Of a stretch of DNA of 64,000 bases, positions 9,601 through 19,744 are shown one piece after another. The translations under genes and the position numbers were made by a program. This DNA is from Bdellovibrionota bacterium (lineage in GTDB: Bacteria; Bdellovibrionota; UBA2428): assembly GCA_044347615.1 (NCBI GenBank), contig JBIKUK010000003.1:139895-203894 (forward strand), read 5' to 3'. How positions within the stretch are numbered: position 1 is the stretch's first letter; each line of letters opens with the position of its first letter. The notes under the pieces are model-generated. The model did not search any database. It was not told the DNA's origin and worked only from the letters and a program-made list of their open reading frames with translations.

Positions 9601-10014
9601 ATGTCCACTGAAAAAGTAGAAAAAACTGAGAAAAAAACAAAGAAATCAGCAGCCCCCAAAGTTAAAACAACTAAAAACTGGAAAGCTCCTCTTGAGTTTC
9701 CTTATGCGGTTCTTCGTACGGGCTCCAAACAATATTGCGTTTCAAAAGGCGATCAGATTTTAGTTGAAAAACTAAATCTTGAGCCTGGAAGTTCTTGGAC
9801 TGCAGAAGAAGTTCTCTTCGTGGCTCAAAGTCCTGGAAAAATTCAAGTTGGAAAACCAACACTCGCAGGAGCGAAAGTGAAATGCGAAGTTCTTCAACAA
9901 ACACTCGACGGAAAGATTTTAATCCGTCACAGCCGTCGTCGCCAAAGCTCACAAAAAACTTTGGGACATCGTCAACCTCTCACACGTTTGCTCGTGACTG
10001 AGATTGTTGCTTAG
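9601..10014 (+). CDS. rplU: 50S ribosomal protein L21 with lysine-rich N-terminal extension
   Basis: YAVLRTGSKQYCVSKGDQILVEKL matches the L21 core YAVIKTGGKQYKV. C-terminal GHRQPLTRLLVTEI. RBS ggaag upstream. Confidence 0.9.
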   Translation: MSTEKVEKTEKKTKKSAAPKVKTTKNWKAPLEFPYAVLRTGSKQYCVSKGDQILVEKLNLEPGSSWTAEEVLFVAQSPGKIQVGKPTLAGAKVKCEVLQQTLDGKILIRHSRRRQSSQKTLGHRQPLTRLLVTEIVA

Positions 10015-10032
10015 GCAGAATAGGAGACAACT

Positions 10033-10299
10033 GTGGCATCAAAAAAAGCTGGTGGTAGTACCAAAAACGGACGTGATTCCAATCCAAAATACTTAGGCGT
10101 AAAAGCTTTTGGTGGAGAATTTGTAACATCAGGAAGCATTATCGTAAGACAACGTGGAACGAAGTTTCACGCGGGACGTAACGTAGGCCTTGGCCGCGAT
10201 CACACTCTCTTTGCATTGGCTGACGGTGTGGTGTCTTTCAAAAACCATAAATCTTCTCCTACACAAGTAGAGATTCTTCCAGTAGCTGTTGAAGCTTAA
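10033..10299 (+). CDS. rpmA: 50S ribosomal protein L27
   Basis: [24 protein letters not shown]...[14 protein letters not shown] is canonical L27. GTG start with RBS aggaga at 10022-10027. Confidence 0.9.
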   Translation: MASKKAGGSTKNGRDSNPKYLGVKAFGGEFVTSGSIIVRQRGTKFHAGRNVGLGRDHTLFALADGVVSFKNHKSSPTQVEILPVAVEA

Positions 10300-10330
10300 G
10301 AAGACCGAAATTTAAAAACTTTATAAAAAA

Positions 10331-10364
10331 AGCACTCAATCTGATTGGGTGCTTTTTTTATTTT
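10331..10364 (+). terminator. rho-independent terminator after rpmA
   Basis: agcactcaat-ctg-attgggtgct hairpin (10-bp stem, one G-U pair) followed by tttttttatttt. Confidence 0.65.
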
Positions 10365-10378
10365 GAAGAGACGAAAAT

Positions 10379-11458
10379 ATGAATTTTATAGACGAAGCAA
10401 GTATCGATGTTCGCTCCGGTGACGGAGGTGCGGGCTCCGTACATTTCATGCGCCAAATCTATCGACCTCGAATGGGTCCTGATGGTGGCGATGGAGGCAG
10501 AGGCGGTCACCTTTATTTTGTGGCGACTCGTAACATGAGCAGTCTCTTGGATTTTCGTTTTCAAAAAAAATACTATGCTCCAAATGGTGAACCCGGACGA
10601 GGCACCGACAAAAACGGACGTAAAGGCAAAGATCTCGAAATTAAAGTTCCTGTAGGAACCATGGTCAAAGACGCTGAAACGGGCAAGATTTTGCTCGACC
10701 TGGTAGAAGCCGATAAACCCGTGCTCTTCTTAAAAGGTGGTCGCGGTGGATTGGGCAACATGAACTTTGCCACTTCACGCAGACAAACACCTAACTTTGC
10801 TCAACCTGGCGAAAAAGGCTCAGGCTTAAAAGTAAAACTCGAACTCAAACTCTTGGCCGACGTGGGCCTTGTAGGCTTTCCCAATGCGGGCAAATCAACG
10901 CTCATTTCAAAAATGAGTGCTGCGAAACCTAAAATCGCAAACTACCCCTTCACCACGCTTGTTCCTAATCTGGGCGTAGTGCGCGGAAAAAGTCGCGATT
11001 GGGTTTTAGCGGATATTCCAGGAATTATTGAAGGAGCAAGTGAAGGCAAGGGATTGGGGCACCAATTCTTAAGGCACTGCGAACGCACACATATGTTGAT
11101 CGTATTAATCGACAGTGATCCTTTAACTGATCGAAAACTAAGCGACGAATACAAAGTTCTGATGAAAGAGCTTAAGGCTTACTCAAAAGAACTCGCAAAA
11201 AAACCAAAACTCGTTGTGTTGAGCAAAGGGGATATTTGGAATGAAGAATCCATTACTCAACGCGAAGGGTATGCTGCCCTAAAAAAGCTTCTCAAAAAAA
11301 CTCCGCTTCTTATTTCTGCTCCAAGTGGAGAAGGCCTTGATGAACTCACTTTGAAAGTTGAAAGCGAATTGAAAAAAATTGGCAACATCAAGAGAGAGAA
11401 TGTCGTCAATGAAGAACTCAAACTTGGACCTCAAGATCTTTTCGACGAAGACAAGTAA
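10379..11458 (+). CDS. obg: GTPase Obg/CgtA
   Basis: Obg fold N-terminus GGDGGAGSVHF..GPDGGDGGRGG. G1 GFPNAGKST. G3 DIPG. G4 LSKGD. Confidence 0.9.
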   Translation: MNFIDEASIDVRSGDGGAGSVHFMRQIYRPRMGPDGGDGGRGGHLYFVATRNMSSLLDFRFQKKYYAPNGEPGRGTDKNGRKGKDLEIKVPVGTMVKDAETGKILLDLVEADKPVLFLKGGRGGLGNMNFATSRRQTPNFAQPGEKGSGLKVKLELKLLADVGLVGFPNAGKSTLISKMSAAKPKIANYPFTTLVPNLGVVRGKSRDWVLADIPGIIEGASEGKGLGHQFLRHCERTHMLIVLIDSDPLTDRKLSDEYKVLMKELKAYSKELAKKPKLVVLSKGDIWNEESITQREGYAALKKLLKKTPLLISAPSGEGLDELTLKVESELKKIGNIKRENVVNEELKLGPQDLFDEDK

Positions 11459-11606
11459 ATAAGACAAACAAAACGCTCTGTTCGCTTGAAATTAACGTCG
11501 TTGTTTAAAAAGGCGAACACTTTCCCCTATGAAGAGACACTGCGGGACGCACGGTCAAACAAAAGCACTTGGCCATACGCACAACAAAAGATAGACATAC
11601 CTCACT

Positions 11607-12230
11607 ATGTTAATAAGACCTTTCAGACCTCTCGTTACTCACACATTCATCCTTAGCAGCTTGTTTTCAATAGGCGTTAGGGCTTCCGAACTTTTGCACA
11701 AAACGGGAGTCGGAACCCGAGGCACATCCTCAACTCACAAGGAAGAAAACTTATACGAAAAATTTCAAATTTTTAACGATATATTTCCCCAATCTTCTTC
11801 TGAGATCGGCTTAGACAATGGATACATCGTTAAACTTTCTTTTGAAGCCTATCTAAATTCCATAGAAAAATTTAACAGAAAAACTCCCATCAAAAATGGT
11901 GATCCAAGTGTCAAGAAATGGATTCTTGAGAAAAAAGAAATTTTAAAAGAAAAAATTTATAATAGCTCATGGGTCGTAAAAGAATACAAAACATACAACA
12001 CCAACGAATTTAAACAAAAAAATAAATTTAAAGTATCCTACTCAAACGGTATCTATACTCTCTCAATTAATAAAGATGCTGAAGAAAATCCTGTGGACAT
12101 AAAGAACAATATCATTCAAGCCCTTGCCGTTATTTTAAAAACTGAAGAAACAGAATTTACAGTTGAAGAAATTACAAAAGAACTTTTGAAATCAATTATT
12201 CCGCTCAAAATAGAACCAAATGAGTTGTAA
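11607..12230 (+). CDS. hypothetical secreted K/N-rich protein
   Basis: Signal-peptide-like N-terminus. Very AT-rich, lysine/asparagine-rich body. No domain recognised. Flanked by long AT-rich intergenic regions. Confidence 0.45.
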   Translation: MLIRPFRPLVTHTFILSSLFSIGVRASELLHKTGVGTRGTSSTHKEENLYEKFQIFNDIFPQSSSEIGLDNGYIVKLSFEAYLNSIEKFNRKTPIKNGDPSVKKWILEKKEILKEKIYNSSWVVKEYKTYNTNEFKQKNKFKVSYSNGIYTLSINKDAEENPVDIKNNIIQALAVILKTEETEFTVEEITKELLKSIIPLKIEPNEL

Positions 12231-12232
12231 AA

Positions 12233-12430
12233 TTAAATTTTATCTTTAGGATGAACTGAAAGTTTTTTCTCTTCGCTTGAGGCAAAAGCACGGCGCGGAC
12301 GAAATGACTCTTGCTCGTCTTTTTCGAAAGAAACAGACGCAAGATTCATTAACAAACTTTTTGTTGCAAGCCCCACGGAACCTACAAAAACAAATACCCC
12401 AAGAATAAAAGCACCTAACTTCTTTCGCAT
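12233..12430 (-). CDS. small hypothetical membrane protein (65 aa)
   Basis: Single hydrophobic helix GAFILGVFVFVGSVGLA. Only ORF in a gap. Weak. Confidence 0.25.
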   Translation of the reverse strand: MRKKLGAFILGVFVFVGSVGLATKSLLMNLASVSFEKDEQESFRPRRAFASSEEKKLSVHPKDKI

Positions 12431-12570
12431 GTTCTTCTTATCGTAACTTTAAAGTAATAAAGGAATAATTAATTTATGGTTAATTTTGTGTTAAGACGCT
12501 CGTTTAACTCGCTTTTAAGCTAAAGCCATCCTAAGATAAAATCTTAACAAGAAAACGAGAACAAAAGACG

Positions 12571-13242
12571 ATGACCTCTCCCCATAAAAGAATCTATTTT
12601 GGAGGATCGTTTTTTCCGCCGCATAAAGCTCACACCGAGATGCTTCGACAAGCACTTAGTCTCGACAAAAACGCTCTGGCCTATATCGTACCCACCAAGC
12701 AAAATCCTCTCAAAGAAAGCCCCGGCTCTTCTCTGCAACTCATCCAAGCCTGGATGCTTGATCTAGCGAACGATCTCAGTCACGAACAGTTTTTAAGATG
12801 TGTCTTGGAACTTTCTGAATTCAATTCGAAAAACGAAAAGAGCTATACCGTTGAAACTCTCGAAGAACTTCAACGTAACGATCAGAAACATCATTTCCAG
12901 AATCAGGATCAAATAAAAACTGAATGGATTTTGCTCTTGGGAAGCGACTCCGCATTGAGCCTTGATCAATGGAAAAATCCTGAAAAACTAATCTCGCTTC
13001 TTTCTCAAGTCTGGGTTGTTCCTCGAAAAAACATTCACGATTCAAATTTTTCAATTGAGCAAACCCAAAAGCATGTTTCACAAAAACTTAAAAAATTAAA
13101 GGGCGACTCAAAGCTCAAACTCCTCAAAACTGTCAGTGATATTTCCTCTACAGAACTCAGAGAGAAAAACGATGGGGCCACGAGTCAGCTTCTCGATCAG
13201 TATTTAAGTCCTCATGTACGCGAAGTTTGGAAAAAACTTTGA
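12571..13242 (+). CDS. nadD: nicotinate-nucleotide adenylyltransferase (non-canonical motif)
   Basis: YFGGSFFPPHKAH corresponds to the NadD GGTFDPIHxGH box, with D to F and HxGH to HKAH substitutions. Downstream IVPTKQNPLK resembles IPNNVPPHK. Confidence 0.7.
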   Translation: MTSPHKRIYFGGSFFPPHKAHTEMLRQALSLDKNALAYIVPTKQNPLKESPGSSLQLIQAWMLDLANDLSHEQFLRCVLELSEFNSKNEKSYTVETLEELQRNDQKHHFQNQDQIKTEWILLLGSDSALSLDQWKNPEKLISLLSQVWVVPRKNIHDSNFSIEQTQKHVSQKLKKLKGDSKLKLLKTVSDISSTELREKNDGATSQLLDQYLSPHVREVWKKL

Positions 13243-13254
13243 TACATTAAAGGC

Positions 13255-14694
13255 ATGCGCCACTTTTGGACGGTCTTTTTTTTATGGGCAATCACATCTT
13301 GCTCTTCTTCAAATCAATCCTCCCCTGCTTCGGATTCAGCAAGCCAATCTAAGAGCTCTGAAAAACCTGCTGTTGCAACGATTACAAAAGAAGAAACCTT
13401 AGAGCCCTATCCTGGGCTCAAGATCGAACACGTTCAGCTCTCAAACGGACTCAATGCCTATCTCATTCCTCGCGAACAAAACGGTACAGTGGGCGTTGTG
13501 GTGGGCTACGAAGTGGGAAGCCGCTTTGAAACAGTGGGGCGCACAGGACTTGCGCATCTTTTCGAACACATGATGTTTCGAGGAACAGAAAGCTTCCCCC
13601 AGCCTTTTCAAACTCTATCCGAGTGGTCAGGGCACGAGTTTAACGCTTTCACTTCTGACGACCAAACCGTTTACCACGAAATGGTGCCCCTCAAAAACTT
13701 TGAAGAAGCTTTAAAGTTTGAATCTGAGCGCATGAGAAAACTTCTCATCACTCCCCAAGGATTCAACACCGAACGCGGTGCTGTCGTGTCTGAGAGGAAA
13801 ATGAATTACGAAGATTCTCCTGGTGGCAGATTGCACTTTGAGCTCTATCAAACAGCTTTCGACAAACACCCCTACAAAACCACTCCAATAGGTTGGCAGG
13901 ATGATATCGAACAAAGCAGCTTCGAAGACGCTCTGTCTTTTTATCATCGATACTACGCTCCCAACAGGGCCTCGATTGTTCTCATTGGCGACTTCAAAAC
14001 AGATGAGACAAAAAAACTTCTTTTAAAATATTTTGGCCCCTTTGAAGAGGTTCCCTTTAAAGAACTCGAAACGCCCAAAGAAACTCTCTTCAGAAAAAAT
14101 CGCAAAAAAACAATTCGCCTCAAAACTCAAGCGGTTTTCTTAGGTGATTCCGCTTTTTCACCCAGTTACAAAGATGAAGAAGCTTTTGCCGAGCTCTTCA
14201 TGTGCGTACTTTTTGCAGATTCTTCAAGCGGATACCTTCAACATGCTCTTGTCGAAAAAGGCATCGCGCGATCTGTCTCTGCATCCTGCTACCCGAGTGT
14301 CGACCCAGGACTTTCCACAATCACAATTGTAGGTGTACCTAAATTAAGTGCAGCCACGTTAGAAAAGAAATACGAAGAAGCCAAAAAAGGATTTTTAGCT
14401 TGGGCAAATAATGATCGCTTTGAGAATATCAAAAAATACTTTGAGATCTCCCAGCTTGAATCCATGCGAAGTCCTATGGATTTTGCCACATCCATTGCCA
14501 GCAACGCGGTCACAGCCAAAGACCCTCTCTATTCATTTAAACTTGTAGAAGCAGTAAAAAAACTAAAATTTGAAGACATCGAAAAACAATTCAAAAACAG
14601 AGAGAAGATTGGACAAACCCGTGTCCTTATTGTGCCTGCTGCGAAAAATGACCCCATGAAAAAAGACAAAACCATTCAAAAGGATAAAAAATGA
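13255..14694 (+). CDS. M16-family zinc peptidase (catalytic, HxxEH) lipoprotein
   Basis: GLAHLFEHMMFRGT inverted zincin HxxEH motif. Lipobox ITSCSS. Confidence 0.85.
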   Translation: MRHFWTVFFLWAITSCSSSNQSSPASDSASQSKSSEKPAVATITKEETLEPYPGLKIEHVQLSNGLNAYLIPREQNGTVGVVVGYEVGSRFETVGRTGLAHLFEHMMFRGTESFPQPFQTLSEWSGHEFNAFTSDDQTVYHEMVPLKNFEEALKFESERMRKLLITPQGFNTERGAVVSERKMNYEDSPGGRLHFELYQTAFDKHPYKTTPIGWQDDIEQSSFEDALSFYHRYYAPNRASIVLIGDFKTDETKKLLLKYFGPFEEVPFKELETPKETLFRKNRKKTIRLKTQAVFLGDSAFSPSYKDEEAFAELFMCVLFADSSSGYLQHALVEKGIARSVSASCYPSVDPGLSTITIVGVPKLSAATLEKKYEEAKKGFLAWANNDRFENIKKYFEISQLESMRSPMDFATSIASNAVTAKDPLYSFKLVEAVKKLKFEDIEKQFKNREKIGQTRVLIVPAAKNDPMKKDKTIQKDKK

Positions 14695-16112
14695 AAAACA
14701 TAATTAAGAATTTCTCATCACGCCTTTTATACTTTGTTTTGTTCTTGGGTATCTCTTCTGTTTCTTATTCCAAAATTTATCTTGATTACGAGGCCGACCC
14801 TCTTCCACTTATCAAAATCAATATACTTATTCCTGCCAAAGAAGCCTTCAAGACTGATACTGAAAATCTTGGCCTCAAAATTTTAGAAGAGTGCTTTGAA
14901 GGAGGTACTCTCAAAATTGATAAGCAAAAGTATCAAGACCTTTTAGCTTCGTATGGAGCTTCTCTTGAAATCTCAACCGGCCAATCGTACCAAGAAGTGG
15001 GTCTCACTTTTCCTTTGAGTGGCGGAAAAATCCCAGAAGGGCTTGTGCAACTTACAAAAGATTCTCTCTACGAACCGCGCATCATCGACGAAACTTATGA
15101 GCAGGCAAGAAAACTCCTCAAAGCAAACTTTATTGCAACGCTTGAAAGAGATAGCTCCCTGCTTATCTCTGCAATGAATCGCTATATGGGAGCAAAACTT
15201 TTTAACTTCCCTTTTTATGAAAGCTCTACTTTTGATCGAGTCAATATTGCGGCCATTCAGGACTTACACAAAAACTACTACAACCATGCCAACATTTGGA
15301 TAGGCGTAATTGGGCCCAAAGAACTCAAAGAAGAAATAAAAAAACTCAGCCAAAAACTTTTCTCTAACTCGGGCGACATTGAAGAAGGTATGCTTGAAAC
15401 AGAATTAAAAAGTGGCTTCGCCCTTCCGCAAACTGGAAAAATGAGTCCAACTTTTATCTTGATCGACAAAAAAGATTTAGCTCAAATAGACTACGGTTTT
15501 ATCCGAGTTGCTCATCAGAAAAAAGAAAACCAGCATGAGCTTACCGATAAAATCATAAACTATCTTCTCACTCGTGCAGGAATTGACAGCATCTATGGCC
15601 GAAAGATTCGTGCTGAAAAAGGCCTTGCGTATCAAGTATCAGGAATTTACACAGAGTATTTGGATTTTCCGGTGATTTCTCTTTTTTCAAATCCTCAACG
15701 ATCTAAGCAAAAAGAAGCGATTGAGGTTTTATCAGATCTCGTAAAAGGAACTTTTGAAAAAGCAGATCTTATCAACACTCTTCCGGATCCTTTTTTTAAT
15801 AGCAAACTTCTTTCTTATAAGAATGGTGAGCGCCAAGATGGAGCAACTCCCGATGGACGTCTCCATCGCCGAAAAGACGTGGCAACAAATGATATGAGTT
15901 TTGATTTTTACAAATCAAACATCGACAAATGGAATGTGAGCAAAACTCAAGCAACCAAAAGACTCACGAGCTTTACAAAAAACTCAAGCATGGTGATGGG
16001 AATCATTGGAGATGCAAGCGAACTTGAACCGCTTGTTAAAAAATCCTTTCCCAAATATCAACTCATTAAAATCTCGTATAAAGACGTCATTGAAAACACG
16101 TGGTTGAAGTAA
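14691..16112 (+). CDS. M16-family peptidase, likely non-catalytic partner subunit
   Basis: Same length and topology as its neighbour, no HxxEH motif, overlapping start (ATGA). Typical M16 pair. Confidence 0.7.
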   Translation: MKNIIKNFSSRLLYFVLFLGISSVSYSKIYLDYEADPLPLIKINILIPAKEAFKTDTENLGLKILEECFEGGTLKIDKQKYQDLLASYGASLEISTGQSYQEVGLTFPLSGGKIPEGLVQLTKDSLYEPRIIDETYEQARKLLKANFIATLERDSSLLISAMNRYMGAKLFNFPFYESSTFDRVNIAAIQDLHKNYYNHANIWIGVIGPKELKEEIKKLSQKLFSNSGDIEEGMLETELKSGFALPQTGKMSPTFILIDKKDLAQIDYGFIRVAHQKKENQHELTDKIINYLLTRAGIDSIYGRKIRAEKGLAYQVSGIYTEYLDFPVISLFSNPQRSKQKEAIEVLSDLVKGTFEKADLINTLPDPFFNSKLLSYKNGERQDGATPDGRLHRRKDVATNDMSFDFYKSNIDKWNVSKTQATKRLTSFTKNSSMVMGIIGDASELEPLVKKSFPKYQLIKISYKDVIENTWLK

Positions 16113-16127
16113 GGCTTAAATAAATCT

Positions 16128-16511
16128 CTAAGAAAATAAATCGCCGAAAGCTTCTATCTGCGCCAGAAGAGGAAGCTCTTTGAGCAAAACAAAAGACACA
16201 CTTTTATCGAGAGCTTCAAAAAGCTCTTGTGAGGGCGGTCGTTCTTCGGCCAAAAGTCCTAAGTAAACTCGCCGCCCATCAACCGTAGGCCAAATGCTTG
16301 GGTTTGCTTTCCACTCCGAATAAAGCCCCATAAGAAGTATTCGTGAAGAATCTTGAGCATGACTTAGGGCTTCAGAAACTTGCCCGCTTTCAACAACCCG
16401 CTCCACGCCTAAAAGCCCTGTAAGCTCACTCATTGTCTTTTCTAGCTTTTTATCGCAGGCTTGCCCCACCACAATCATCACTTCTGGCTGAGTTTTTATT
16501 GATTCTTTCAT
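16128..16511 (-). CDS. hypothetical protein (127 aa)
   Basis: Start moved to internal MKESIK (16511) to avoid overlapping divergent lipA start. No motif recognised. Confidence 0.4.
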   Translation of the reverse strand: MKESIKTQPEVMIVVGQACDKKLEKTMSELTGLLGVERVVESGQVSEALSHAQDSSRILLMGLYSEWKANPSIWPTVDGRRVYLGLLAEERPPSQELFEALDKSVSFVLLKELPLLAQIEAFGDLFS

Positions 16512-16533
16512 GAAAAAGTATTGAATTAGCAAT

Positions 16534-17553
16534 GTGGCAGACACAGCCCCAAAACTCAAGCAGTTAAAACCAAAGCCCGAGTGGCTCAAAGTTCGCGCGC
16601 CTGGTGGAGAGAATTATCTCAAAATAAAATCCCACCTCGCTCAATTTAATCTTCACACGGTTTGCGAAGAAGCCAGATGCCCCAACATCGGTGAATGCTG
16701 GGCGGGTGGAACAGCAACCTTCATGCTCTTGGGCGACACATGCACGCGAGGCTGTAAATTTTGCGCTGTCAAAACAGGTAACCCACGTGGAGTGGTCGAT
16801 GAGTTTGAACCCGAAAAAATTGCTCATACCGTATCAGGTATGAACCTAAGCTACATCGTTCTCACCTCGGTCGATCGCGATGACTTGCCCGATCAAGGCG
16901 CAGGCCATTTTGCCAAGACCGTAGAGCTCACAAAAGCTATGCGACCCGATATGCTCATCGAAGTGCTCACTCCCGATTGGAGAGGCGACGATAAGTGCAT
17001 CGAAGCCATGTCACATTCAAAAGCGGATGTTTTGGCTCATAACGTAGAAACCATTGAGCGATTGCAAAAAGAAGTGCGCGATCCGCGCTGCTCTTATTCG
17101 CAAAGCCTTTATGTTTTAGAAAATTATTTAAAAAAAGCTGAGTCTATTGGACGTCGAGTCGCGACCAAAACTTCCCTCATGATGGGCCTTGGTGAGAGCG
17201 ACGAAGAAGTTATTTCTTGTATGAAAGACATTCTCAACGTGGGCGTGAAAGTCCTCACTTTGGGACAGTACCTTCAACCCACTGAGCGTCGATTGACCGT
17301 GAAGGAATTCGTTTCACCCGAGCGTTTTTCCGCTCTTGCAAAAGAGGGAGAAGCCATGGGTTTTGCCTATGTCGCAGCGGGACCACTTGTGCGTTCAAGC
17401 TATCGAGCAGGGGAATATTTTATTGAAAAGATTTTGAGAGGGGAAAAAAGCGATGGATCCATCCTTAGCCCAAAAAAAACCAACATCGAAGAACACAGCA
17501 ACAGAATCCAAGGATCAACCCAGAGATCAATTCAAGGATCAATCCATGGCTAA
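16534..17553 (+). CDS. lipA: lipoyl synthase with short repetitive C-terminal tail
   Basis: CEEARCPNIGECW and TFMLLGDTCTRGCKFCAV are the two LipA cysteine clusters. C-terminal tail RIQGSTQRSIQGSIHG is encoded by an imperfect ~21-bp tandem repeat. Confidence 0.9.
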   Translation: MADTAPKLKQLKPKPEWLKVRAPGGENYLKIKSHLAQFNLHTVCEEARCPNIGECWAGGTATFMLLGDTCTRGCKFCAVKTGNPRGVVDEFEPEKIAHTVSGMNLSYIVLTSVDRDDLPDQGAGHFAKTVELTKAMRPDMLIEVLTPDWRGDDKCIEAMSHSKADVLAHNVETIERLQKEVRDPRCSYSQSLYVLENYLKKAESIGRRVATKTSLMMGLGESDEEVISCMKDILNVGVKVLTLGQYLQPTERRLTVKEFVSPERFSALAKEGEAMGFAYVAAGPLVRSSYRAGEYFIEKILRGEKSDGSILSPKKTNIEEHSNRIQGSTQRSIQGSIHG

Positions 17554-18565
17554 AAATCAAAAAGCTTTTCCCGTTCAACCTTTTAAAGATAAAGATTTTG
17601 CACTGCGCTTTTTTAAACTCATGACTCGCACTCGAGCTCTTGAAGAAAAACTCATCAAGATGTCGAAAAGTAGCGATGGCTTTTTCTGGATTGGCGGCCC
17701 CGGTGAAGAAGCCTTCCAAGTTGCACTTGGCCTACAAGTGGATAAAGGCGAAGGCCTTGAGCACGATATGCTTCACCTTCACTACCGCAGCAACGGATGC
17801 GTGCTCGCTATGGGCGAACCGTCTATTAACTTCATTCGCCAGATGAGATCCGTTGAGACAGATCCTTACTCAGGTGGAAGAAATTTTGCCGCTCACGTGT
17901 CTAAAAAAGAATGGAACGTTGTGCCCATTACCTCCACGATTGAAACTCAATTTTCTGTCGCACCAGGCACAGCTCGCGCTCAATGGCGTGCTCACAAAGA
18001 GGGAAAAAAAGCGGGAATCACAGTGGTTCTTGGCGGTGACGCAGGAACAGCGGAGGGAGATTTTGCAACCTGTCTTATTTGGTCTTCACGCCCAAATGAA
18101 GAGCTACCTCTTTTGATGATTGTAACAAACAATCAATTTGGAATTTCCACTCCTGCCTCTACCCAACACGGTGAGAAAAACATTGCCGATCGCGGAAAGG
18201 CTTTTGGAATCAAAACCGGTCTTGCAGATGGAAATAATCCAGAAAAGATCTGGAGCGCCCTGCGAGATGCACTCGAATACGTGCGTGAATCACGCAAACC
18301 TTATCTTTTGGAAGTCTCTGTTTCTCGTTTGAACGGCCATAGCTCCTCATCTGGAGCAAACCGTGTCGAAGGGGAAGAAGACTGCCTTGAGACTTTTCAG
18401 AAAAAACTCGAAAAACTAGGCTGGATCACAGCCGCAGAAGCTGACAAGCTTTACGAGGAAGCTGTTACTGAAATGAACGAAGGCCATGAACAGGCTCGCA
18501 AGGAAAACTATCCTTCAGCAGACAGTATCTTCGATCATGTTTTTGCTCCCAAAAAGACCGAATAA
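17546..18565 (+). CDS. 2-oxoacid dehydrogenase E1 component alpha subunit (TPP-dependent)
   Basis: E1-alpha family resemblance: N-terminal TRALEEKLIKMSKSSDGFFWIGGPGEEAF (R..EE...gg consensus), heterotetrameric alpha/beta type. Start at MAKNQ; ATG overlaps lipA stop (ATGGCTAA). Confidence 0.8.
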   Translation: MAKNQKAFPVQPFKDKDFALRFFKLMTRTRALEEKLIKMSKSSDGFFWIGGPGEEAFQVALGLQVDKGEGLEHDMLHLHYRSNGCVLAMGEPSINFIRQMRSVETDPYSGGRNFAAHVSKKEWNVVPITSTIETQFSVAPGTARAQWRAHKEGKKAGITVVLGGDAGTAEGDFATCLIWSSRPNEELPLLMIVTNNQFGISTPASTQHGEKNIADRGKAFGIKTGLADGNNPEKIWSALRDALEYVRESRKPYLLEVSVSRLNGHSSSSGANRVEGEEDCLETFQKKLEKLGWITAAEADKLYEEAVTEMNEGHEQARKENYPSADSIFDHVFAPKKTE

Positions 18566-18637
18566 AAAAAGCACTTTGCGCTATGGCTTTTTGCCAACAC
18601 CGTTGTCCGAACGCCCTATACAGCGTATAACAAATTT

Positions 18638-19708
18638 GTGGCAAATTTGGCTCAAGCAGTGAGGCTTGCGTTGCATTATGGTGAAACGCATTTAGGGGTA
18701 ACTGATATTTTTGGTGAAGACGTGGGACCTCCTCTAGAAGGTGTTTTCACTTGCACACAAGGACTCAAAAAAACATGGAACTCTCCTCTCGATGAAAGAG
18801 GTATTATTGGAACAGCCATGGGTCTTGCTCTAGCAGGACAAAAGCCCGTCGCTGAAATTCAATTCTGCGATTATATTTTTAACACAATCGACTTACTCAA
18901 ACTCGCAGGCAACAGTTACTGGTCTTCAAACGGTCAGTGGAATATGCCCATGGTTGTGATGACTCCTCACGGAGCAGGAATCCATGGATCGCTCTACCAT
19001 AGCCACTCATTTGATGCGTGGGCGACTCGTTTAGCTGGATGGAAGATCGTGATCCCTTCAAACGCTCGCGATGCTTATGGATTAATGTTGTCGGCAATCG
19101 AAGAACCCAATCCAGTGCTTTACCTTATTCCCAAAGCTTTGCTTCGAGCAAAAGGTGAAGAGCTGATTCCAGGCGAACCAGAAAACGATGCGGATCTTAG
19201 AAAAATGATCGATGCTCCCGTTATGGGAAGTGAAGCACGCAAAACATGGCAAGCTCAGTGGCCTGCTGTAGAATATGCGCCCATTCCAATTGGAAAAGCA
19301 AAAGTTGTGCGCGAAGGAAGCAATGCCGCTGTCGTCACCTACAGTCGCCACGTGCATATGGCGCGCGAAGTAGCAAATGAACTCGCGGCTGAAGGCAAAG
19401 GCGAAGTTCGAGTGATCGATTTGCGCTCACTCCACCCCTACGACTGGGAATGCATTTCTCAAGCGGTTAAAGATACAGGCGGAAAAGTTTTATTTGTGAA
19501 CGAAGATACTGAGATCACAAACTTTGCGGAACACTTGTTACGAAGAACAATCGAAGAACATTTTTATGAATTGCGCTCGCGACCACGCGTGTGCTTAGCA
19601 AAACATCTTCCGGGTGTGGGGCTTTCTCCCACTCTTGAAGAAGCAACCGTCCCTCAAAAAAGCGATATCAGGCGTGAGCTAGAAGCCATGCTCGATGAGA
19701 GATTTTAG
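18638..19708 (+). CDS. 2-oxoacid dehydrogenase E1 component beta subunit
   Basis: FGEDVG, GVFTCTQGL, SPLDERGIIGTAMGLALAG, EIQFCDYIF are typical transketolase-like E1-beta motifs. GTG start. Confidence 0.85.
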   Translation: MANLAQAVRLALHYGETHLGVTDIFGEDVGPPLEGVFTCTQGLKKTWNSPLDERGIIGTAMGLALAGQKPVAEIQFCDYIFNTIDLLKLAGNSYWSSNGQWNMPMVVMTPHGAGIHGSLYHSHSFDAWATRLAGWKIVIPSNARDAYGLMLSAIEEPNPVLYLIPKALLRAKGEELIPGEPENDADLRKMIDAPVMGSEARKTWQAQWPAVEYAPIPIGKAKVVREGSNAAVVTYSRHVHMAREVANELAAEGKGEVRVIDLRSLHPYDWECISQAVKDTGGKVLFVNEDTEITNFAEHLLRRTIEEHFYELRSRPRVCLAKHLPGVGLSPTLEEATVPQKSDIRRELEAMLDERF

Positions 19709-19744
19709 AAAATAAAGTTTTAGAAAATACTGAAGGAGTGATTT

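Noticed and set aside
11486-11520. Possible terminator hairpin after obg (gttcgc...gcgaac)
   Set aside because: Only 6-7 bp stem with ~20-nt loop and no U-tract. Too weak to call.
16512-16589. Longer N-terminus for the 16128 minus-strand ORF (ORF-table start 16589)
   Set aside because: Would overlap the divergent lipA start by 55 bp. Internal Met at 16511 gives a clean divergent arrangement.
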